From an uncultured delta proteobacterium (GTDB lineage Bacteria; Desulfobacterota; Binatia; UBA9968): a DNA stretch of 34,129 nt. Within the stretch, counting starts at the first letter, position 1; every line of letters starts with the position of its first letter. The position numbers and the translations under genes were made by a program. Shown here one piece after another: positions 27,008 to 34,129 of this stretch. The notes beneath the pieces are model-generated. The model worked only from the letters and a program-made list of their open reading frames with translations, ran no database searches and was not told where the DNA came from. The DNA lies in NCBI GenBank assembly GCA_963755715.1, contig CAVWLW010000055.1:1-34129 (forward strand), given 5' to 3'.

Positions 27008-27993
27008 ATGTTCCGGCCAAAAATTTCAATGGCTCTATCGTTGTACGACCGTCATATACCGTTTTTTGATGGTACCGTGGAAGTCAGGGATGTTGATCTC
27101 CAGGTTCTCGCCGTGGGCGAAGCTAATTCTCTCAGGGACGGGGGAAGACGTCATCATCGCATGTTAATCGATCGCGAATTTGATGCGTGCGAGGTTTCCT
27201 TGTCATCTTATATTATGGCAAAAAGCCAAGGTCTCCCTCGTTATTGCGATCCCGGTTTTCCCTCGCCGTCTGTTTATTCAATCAAATATTTGGGTCCACG
27301 ACGAATCAGCGCTTCGCGAGCCGATGGAACTTAGTCGGCAGAAAAGTCGGTCTCATCACTTTCCAAACGACGCTCTCGGTTCAAGCCAAAGGAGACCTGC
27401 AGACCGAATATGGTGTGCCATGGCGCGAGATTGACTGGTACGTTGCAGCGGACGAACCCATCGAGTTTGCCGACCCTGGAACTGTCGTTCTCAAGCGTAT
27501 TCCTCAAGATAAAAAACTCGGCGAAATGTTGGCAAGCAAGTCACTGGACGCAATCATCACACCACGACCTCCTGGGCCCACTTCTAATACGAAATCAAAA
27601 TTCCGCAGGCTCTTTCAAAAACCGCGCGATGAAGAAGCTCGTTACTTTCAGAAGCATGCGTTTTTTCCCGGCAATGCATGTTATTGCATTGAAGGAGGAG
27701 ACAGTTCAGAAGTATCCTTGGGTTGCTGCTGCGTTTCTTCAGGCTTTTCAGCAGGCGCATGATATTTGCCGTTCGTATTACACGCGATCCGAATTGGACG
27801 GTTCACGCTTGGACGCAACACCTGAGTGAAGAAGAACAGGATCGTTTGGGACCCGAACTGTGGCCTCTAGGGGTCAAGAGATAATCGAAACAATATCGAA
27901 TTATTTTTGACTTATTTGGTCGAGCAAGGACTCATTACTGAGAAAATGCCGCTGGCGAATCTTTTCGCCGACGAAACTGCTGGTTCAAAATAA
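27008..27993 (+). CDS. 4,5-dihydroxyphthalate decarboxylase-like (Pht5/OphC, SBP-fold) protein with about five +1 frameshifts
   Basis: Reconstructed motifs YDRHIPFFDGTV, EFDACEVSLSSY, IPVFPRRLF, EYGV, FPAMHVIALK, LWPLG..NR..IELFLTYLVEQGL. Stop TAA at 27991-27993. Confidence 0.8.
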
Positions 27994-28103
27994 TGTGCCC
28001 GGCGCAACACAGCTCTGCAGGTGAAATAAGTGTCGGACCACGGTTCAGAACATTAATTGATGGAGGCCCTTATGGCTTCAGGTTCAACCGGGAGGTGGCT
28101 GTA

Positions 28104-29262
28104 ATGTTGAATGGTTTTCAAGTTTTTGACGCCGACGCTCACGCTCTAATGACTCCCGGCATGTGGGCCGACTTGCCGGATCAATATAAATTGCGTCGCC
28201 CGCGGCCCATCCGAGTGGCAGATTCAACAGACATGGGACGGTGGAATACCGGCTGGCTGATTGAAGGGGGGATGCATCCGCATCCATTTGGACCGGGTGC
28301 CAGAAGCGGCAAACACACCCGCTATGGTTCTTCCCGAGTTTGGCGCCTCGCCGCAAGAACGCGCCGCCGTGGTTGGATTCCCGGTGCCGGTTGGTAGTTC
28401 AGATTTTTCCGATCCCGAAGCGCGCCTTCACGATCTGGAGCGAATGGGGATCGATATTCAGGTTCTCTTCCCGACAACTCTGTACGCGCGCATGACCGCC
28501 GACCCGGGTTTTGAAGCCGCGTTGTATCGATCCTATAACCGCTATATGGCCCAACGTTGTAAGTTCAATCCAAAGCGGCTCAAATGGGCGGGACTGCTGC
28601 CGCTGCGCGAAACAAGCCAGGCGATCGAAGCGCTCGACGAGATGCAGTCTTTGGGCGCTACAGCGGCTGTCATCTTCGGGACAGCGGGCGACCGGTTGCT
28701 CTCGGACGCTGTTTTTACTCCCGTGTGGAATGAATTTGCCAAGCGAAAAATACCTTTGTGTGTACACATGGGAATGAGCTATCCGCCATTTGAACAGCTC
28801 TGCCATAGTTTCCAGGACGCCAATCTGATTGGCAAAGTGATTCCCGCCCAACTTGCTTTCGTGGCTCTCGTTGGCCATGGCATGCTCGATCGTTATCCCG
28901 AACTGAAGGTCGGCTTCCTCGAGTTCGGCGCCGAGTGGATCTTCTATATGTTTGGGAAAATGGATCATTACGTCAAGGTCAATAAGCAACGAATGCCGCT
29001 TGGCGTGACACTGCCTCAACGGGATATCGAAGACTATTTAAAGTCGGGGCGAATTTTCGTCGCAGCGGAAGCGGAGGACCGGATGCTTTGCCACGAGATT
29101 GCACTTCTGGGAGAGAATCAAATTCTCTGTTCATCCGATTTTCCTCATGGCGAAGGCCGACAGAGTTCGATCGCACAACTCTTGGCAAGAACGGACATAT
29201 CTAGCGACGTGAAGAAAAAGATCGTCTTCGACAATAGCGTCGGACTGTTTGGAGAACCCTGA
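28104..29262 (+). CDS. Amidohydrolase-2 family protein, +1 frameshift near 28305
   Basis: GGAGG RBS, VFDADAH, DPEARLHDLERMGIDIQVLFPT, CVH, FLEFGAEW, SSDFPH. Confidence 0.87.
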
Positions 29263-29305
29263 GGTCAGACTGTCGTTACCGGGTTCCGCGTCGATGGGAA
29301 CGATC

Positions 29306-30281
29306 ATGATCCTAGCAGCAGCGCGAATAGCCTCTGTTTTAATAGTTCTCATCAGTCTCGCAGCCGAAGCCGAAAGCAGAGCGGTAAACTTGGCTGCTCC
29401 AGCCGCGAGCCTTTCGCAGATCCCATTTTATGTAGCTCAAGAAAGGGGCTTTTTTAGAGACGAAGGACTCGATGTCAATCTGATCGTCATGGGAGCGCCG
29501 GTCGCCAATCTTGCGTTGATCGGACAGAACGTCGATTTCAGCTCGGTGCCCACCGCTGCGCTCAGCGCCATGCTTCGCGGCGCTCCGCTTCGAGTGATTT
29601 TCAACGCGTTTTATCGACCGCTTGGTGTGGCTCTATTCGAAAGCCGAAATTCGCTCGGTCAAAGAGCTCAAGGGGAAAAGGGTCGGAGTCGCCGGGATCG
29701 GCAGCGGTCCAGATCATCTCTTGCGCGAGCTGCTGCGTCAAAATGGCATGGATCCGGGCCGCGATGTGACCATTCTTGGTCTCGGCGTCCAATCCAATCT
29801 CTACACGGCATTATCGACGGGGAATATCGATGCCAGCGTATTCGTAATTCCCTGGAACTTTACTGCCGGTGATGCCGGCTTTTTTGAACTTGTTTCATTC
29901 GTTCATCAAGACACCGTGCAGTTCCAGGGGAGCATTGTGGTGCGTGACGAATTCATGCGCACTGACCCGCAGGTCGTGGAGAAATTCGTTCGCGCCGCGA
30001 GCAAAGGCTTGTTTTACTCCAGAGCAAACCGTAGCGGAACCATCGCTATCCTGGTGCGCCATCTCAAAGTGGATGAAAAGACCGCGGCCAAGATCTACGA
30101 TATCGGCAAGGCCGCTATGACGGTGGATGGTTCGGTCAGCGAATCGGCGCAGAAAAGAGCGCTCGAATTCGTCGCTAGGGTTCAGGGATTCAAAGATCCC
30201 GGGCCAATGGATAAATTCTTCGATTTCTCGTTGACGCGCAGGGTGAGCGAGCAGCTCCAAGCGCAGAGTTGGAAGCCTTGA
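29306..30281 (+). CDS. SsuA/TauA/THI5-like substrate-binding protein, +1 frameshift near 29622
   Basis: Signal peptide, AQERGFFRDEGLDV, ELKGKRVGV, GMDPGRDV, ALSTGNIDA. Confidence 0.85.
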
Positions 30282-30324
30282 CCCGTTGTGAAACCGGCAT
30301 GATGGTTCTTCGAAAGAGCTTGTC

Positions 30325-31102
30325 ATGGAATATAAAGACTTAACCCTGCCGTTGGATCACAACTGGATGCCTGACGAAGTTTTGCCCGTCGCCGCGCACT
30401 TCTATCTCGCCCCTAAATATCACCCGGACAAAGGTGTCATCCTAGGCTCCGAGACCGGTACCTGTCTTACGCTGCCGGCTGCATTTGCGGATTTCCGCAA
30501 GACGACGCGACTCCACGAAGTCACGATCGAGAAACTTTTCTTACGCGCGACCGCCATCCTCGACATCGCGGCGGAGGAAAGCCAAGAAATAACTGAGTCG
30601 GAGATGCAGCGAGCCATAGAGGTTTGCAAAGTTGCGCGAGGAAATGCTCGTGCTTTTAAGAACAGGTTGGGGCGACCGGGGAACTCACGCCAAACCCGGA
30701 AGCCAATATATTATGGCGAGTCCTCATCTGTCTCTCCCCGCCGCAGAACTGTTGGCAACGTTTATGGCTGAGAGCGAAAGTGACCTCCTGCTCACGGATT
30801 TAGCCCTGATTGGGTGGCCTGATAAACATTTGTTCCCGGAGTGGAATTCTCTGTTTCCACGGCCCGGCCCTTGGCCGTCCACGGAAGCGCAGATTTATCT
30901 CCACCTTTATACCCCGCAAAAGGCGAAAGCTGACTTCGCCGTGGAGCTCGCTCTCGCTCGGTCCGGTATCATGACAGTGAAGAGACTCATCCATTGTAAA
31001 GATTTGTTATCGGACCGACTTCGGGTGATCGTCTCTCCATTGCATATCGTCCGGGGCGTCTCTTCCACCTGCCGCGTGATCGCTGTCGAGGGAGCCATGT
31101 GA
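30325..31102 (+). CDS. Divergent cyclase/kynurenine-formamidase (KynB)-fold protein A, +1 frameshift near 30633
   Basis: KDLTLPL, ETGTCL, ATAILDI..EIT, VLLRTGW, and a C-terminal PLHIVRGVSSTCRVIAV (KynB-like PLxxxGxxGSPxRxxA). Confidence 0.72.
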
Positions 31103-31938
31103 TGAAATTGATTGATCTGACCATGCCGGTATGGCCCGGCGCCGGTTATGGCGAGATACTGCCGTTTACCAATACCCCGGTGGACTTCGTCGAGTACATG
31201 GATTACGCGAAAAATGGCATGCGCCAGACGCGCATGAAATTGAACGGCGAAACGGGGAGCCCGCTCATGGTACCGGCGCAGCACGCGCCTTTTGACATGA
31301 ACCCGATACAGAAAAATCCCCGGTTTCATTGGACGTTAGATGAGATTCCTATCGAAGAACTGGTTCTCCATGATACCGCGGTTTTGGACATCAGCGCGGG
31401 AGAGGGACACGAAATCAACGCCGATGAAATGGCCGCGGCTTTGAAGGTGGCAGATTTTCGTGAGGGCGATCACGTGCTGCTGCGAAGCGGTTGGGGCACA
31501 ATAGAGCGGGCCTACGAAATGGGTATTGATTATTTGAGAAAGAGTCCTTCGGTGCATTATGAAGCGGCTGTTTTGTTAGCAGACAAGATGGAAGAGTTAA
31601 ATAGCCACATTTTTATGACCGACTGCGCTTTTGTAAACCCGCCGCGGGTTCAGGGCTATAATTGGTTTCTCGGAGATGCGCCTCTGACTCCGTTACCCAA
31701 GCCCTGGCCTTCGGCTGAAGCGCGAGAGCGACTGTTGGATATGGGCGGTTCGTACGCGTATGCGCATGCGAGCAAAGAACCGAGCAGTTATGGAGCGCTC
31801 ATTAGAAAGGCGATCGGCTGTGGTAAGTGCTTGGTCAATTGCGGGCAGATCACAGAACGGCGAATTAAGATGATTATCCTACCGCTGAAAATCAAAAATG
31901 GCGGCGCATCATCTTGCCGCTTTGTCGCCGTAGAATAG
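31102..31938 (+). CDS. Divergent cyclase/KynB-fold protein B
   Basis: KLIDLTMPVWPG, ETGSPL, AVLDI..GHEI, REGDHVLLRSGWG, LPLKIKNGGASSCRFVAVE. TGATG overlap with the upstream gene. Confidence 0.8.
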   Translation: MKLIDLTMPVWPGAGYGEILPFTNTPVDFVEYMDYAKNGMRQTRMKLNGETGSPLMVPAQHAPFDMNPIQKNPRFHWTLDEIPIEELVLHDTAVLDISAGEGHEINADEMAAALKVADFREGDHVLLRSGWGTIERAYEMGIDYLRKSPSVHYEAAVLLADKMEELNSHIFMTDCAFVNPPRVQGYNWFLGDAPLTPLPKPWPSAEARERLLDMGGSYAYAHASKEPSSYGALIRKAIGCGKCLVNCGQITERRIKMIILPLKIKNGGASSCRFVAVE

Positions 31939-32002
31939 TTTTCTCGTTTAAACTCGCTGCGACCCGTGGAGCAGATGCCGCGCGCAGAAGAAGGATCACC
32001 AC

Positions 32003-32671
32003 TTAGGAGTAGTGCCGGTATATCCCGTCGAATTTACCAATCTTAAAGCGCACTGCGTAGTCTGCCATCTCACGAACGCGCTGTTCCATGGCGGGGGAAT
32101 CCGTGAATCGAGCAATGATGTCGGAGGCCATCTTAATGTGGTCTTCGTCCACGGCCTTATGCACCAGGAAAAACTGCAATGCAGAGTCTCCCAAGTTGTA
32201 ATACTTGCGCATGCAGATATCGAATTCCTGCGAGTAACGCTGCACCATTGTTTCATCAACTAAGCCAGAAACCCGATTCTCGGCCGGCGATCCAAGCATC
32301 ATGCCACGAATCGTTTTACTCGTGTGCGCGAAACATTCAAAAATTTGCGTCGCATTGGTAAAATCTTCTTCTTTGAGCCCCAGGGCCAAGCCGAATCGCT
32401 TTGCCAAGTCGGGATGGGTTTGTTCCTCGTTAAATTGGTAGGCGAAGTAGTTATACAAATCGGGAATGTGTGCGTTTTTCACCATGCATAGGGCGAACCC
32501 TTTTAGTAGCGCGTTATTGTGCAAATAATGCTGAATCGACCATCCCTGTAATCGACGGATTGACAGTTTGCCTTGCTGAAGCTCAGCAAAAAACGGCGTA
32601 CTCATGAGTTTTTCCACGCCCGGAGCGACAATATCACGAATCACCGAAGCGACGAATTGACTATTCACCAT
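32003..32671 (-). CDS. Heme-oxygenase-like diiron protein (CADD/PqqC/TenA fold), paralog A
   Basis: 222 aa, helical. FFAELQQGKLS, EEQTH, VDE, FFLVHKAVDEDH (HxxxDxxH). AAGGAG RBS. Confidence 0.85.
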   Translation of the reverse strand: MVNSQFVASVIRDIVAPGVEKLMSTPFFAELQQGKLSIRRLQGWSIQHYLHNNALLKGFALCMVKNAHIPDLYNYFAYQFNEEQTHPDLAKRFGLALGLKEEDFTNATQIFECFAHTSKTIRGMMLGSPAENRVSGLVDETMVQRYSQEFDICMRKYYNLGDSALQFFLVHKAVDEDHIKMASDIIARFTDSPAMEQRVREMADYAVRFKIGKFDGIYRHYS

Positions 32672-33349
32672 AAACTTGGGCTCTCCTTCTGTGATCGGTG
32701 AGCAATTTTTAGCTTATTGCTTGCCGGCTTTCTGCGCTGACCAACTTCGCTCACGTTGTTTTTTGCGTAGTCGCAATTTTCTTCACAATAGCACTCATGG
32801 CTTGGTTTTTCGTTGGCGCAGGTCGCAACGCAAGCGGCACCGAGAATATTAGCGAGCTCCTTATAAATCAAGCGCTACGCGAAGTAAGGTGAACCGCCAC
32901 TCGGATAGGTCACCAGCTGGCTTTGCTGGATTGCGACACGATGGGCGCACGATTTAGGCAAGTTAAGACCGTCGAAATCGTGTATGCAAGCCCACGCTGC
33001 TGGTGTTTTCACGGTAAACGTATGATGAAGTCCGACGGGCGGCGGTATGTCGCGAAACCGACTTTCCTTGATTACTCTGGCGCTCTCTATTCTAGAGGCA
33101 TGTTGTCTTCGCTTCGTGGGGTACGTCAACATCCACTTGACACGTAGTTTTTCGGTGGACATAAGCTCGAGTTGAAAATAGAGTAAGAGCAGATTTGCTT
33201 CGAGCCGATTAAAAAAGACAGCCCGATAAAAATACGATGCGGAAAGAACTAAAAGAGTTCCAAGGGTGAAGCGCGATGGGACGAAAGATGGGTTTGTTCT
33301 CGATGGAGATCATTGATTGATACCTTCGACCGCCAAGATGGAGGAAGCA

Positions 33350-34018
33350 ATGGATCAAGATAGTTTCGTCGGCTCACTGATCAATGAGATCGTGAAACCC
33401 GGGCTTCAGAGTTTAATGCAAACACAGTACTTCGTAGAATTACGGCAAGGCACGCTTTCCATCCGTAGACTCCAGGGATTTTCGCTTCAACATTACATTA
33501 CCAACATCGCCCTAAACAAAGGCTTTGCTCTTTGCATGGTCAAGTACGCCCACGACGTCGATTTGTACAAGCATTTCGCCTATCAGTACAACGAAGAGCA
33601 GTATCACCCCGATCTGGTTAAGCGATTCGGCGTAGCGTTAGGCCTCAAGGATGACGACTTTGAAAACGTGTCGTTTATTTTTGAATGTTTGTCGCATACC
33701 GGCGCCGCTCTAAGGGGCATGCTTGCGGGATCGCCAAGCGAAAATCGCACTTGGGCATTGGTCAATGAAAGCATGGTCTGCCGATATTCTGAAGAGTTCG
33801 CGACCTATCTACCGAAGCACTACCCAGTGCCGGAGAAAGCTTTGGAGTTTTTTAAGGTTCACTGGGTTGCAGATCAAGATCATACGCAACGAGCCATCGA
33901 GGTTGTAAAACGTTTTGCCAATTCAGCCCAAGAGCAAAACCGAGTACGCGAGATCGCCAAACACGCCGTTAGATTCAAAATCGCGAAGTTCGACGGCATC
34001 TATCGCGAATACGCATGA
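33350..34018 (+). CDS. Heme-oxygenase-like diiron protein (CADD/PqqC/TenA fold), paralog B
   Basis: GGAGG RBS, then ATG at 33350 gives 222 aa. EEQYH, VNE, FFKVHWVADQDH. Aligns without gaps to paralog A. Confidence 0.85.
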   Translation: MDQDSFVGSLINEIVKPGLQSLMQTQYFVELRQGTLSIRRLQGFSLQHYITNIALNKGFALCMVKYAHDVDLYKHFAYQYNEEQYHPDLVKRFGVALGLKDDDFENVSFIFECLSHTGAALRGMLAGSPSENRTWALVNESMVCRYSEEFATYLPKHYPVPEKALEFFKVHWVADQDHTQRAIEVVKRFANSAQEQNRVREIAKHAVRFKIAKFDGIYREYA

Positions 34019-34129
34019 ATAGTGCGTAGCCGAGGATGGCGATTGGCTGAATGACCAATTTGATTTATTGGCCTGGCAAAGCAACGGGTGCCGCGTGATG
34101 AACAGGGGAGAGCAATAGCGGCATTACGA

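Noticed and set aside
27008-27993. Calling the Pht5-like gene a true pseudogene
   Set aside because: All five breaks are +1 insertions and the reconstructed protein is full length, so sequencing error is more likely.
29306-34018. Thiamine-salvage (THI5/TenA) or PQQ (PqqC) locus
   Set aside because: No TPP riboswitch, thi genes or pqq genes were seen, and the HO-fold proteins carry the diiron ligand set.

Overview
A GC-rich, gene-dense accessory region for uptake and breakdown of aromatic or heteroaromatic acids. The gene repertoire and intergenic repeat style suggest a Binatota-like soil bacterium, but this is inference only. Enzymes: four full-length, mutually divergent UbiD-family (prFMN) (de)carboxylases plus two N-terminal ubiD stubs, three paralogous gentisate-dioxygenase-like bicupins, two amidohydrolase-family proteins, a phthalate-4,5-dioxygenase/LigX-type Rieske oxygenase, a 4,5-dihydroxyphthalate-decarboxylase-like protein, an MDR with altered catalytic-zinc ligands, a His-rich LVIVD beta-propeller, a MetE-C-domain zinc enzyme, a DoxX protein and an SDR. 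Transport: one complete Fe3+/thiamine-type ABC importer and four orphan SsuA/THI5-like binding proteins. The more AT-rich right end carries a translationally coupled pair of cyclase-fold proteins that lack the metal motif, and two divergently transcribed 222-aa heme-oxygenase-like diiron (CADD/PqqC/TenA-fold) paralogs. Non-coding structure includes TGGAGTnn-octamer palindromes, a nested 9-mer palindromic element containing a 210-bp insertion, and a 50-bp repeat that twice follows a fragment of a xanthine-dehydrogenase-family Mo subunit. Eight genes are broken only by +1 single-base insertions, most likely long-read errors. No rRNA, tRNA, CRISPR array, transposase or transcription-regulator gene was recognised.
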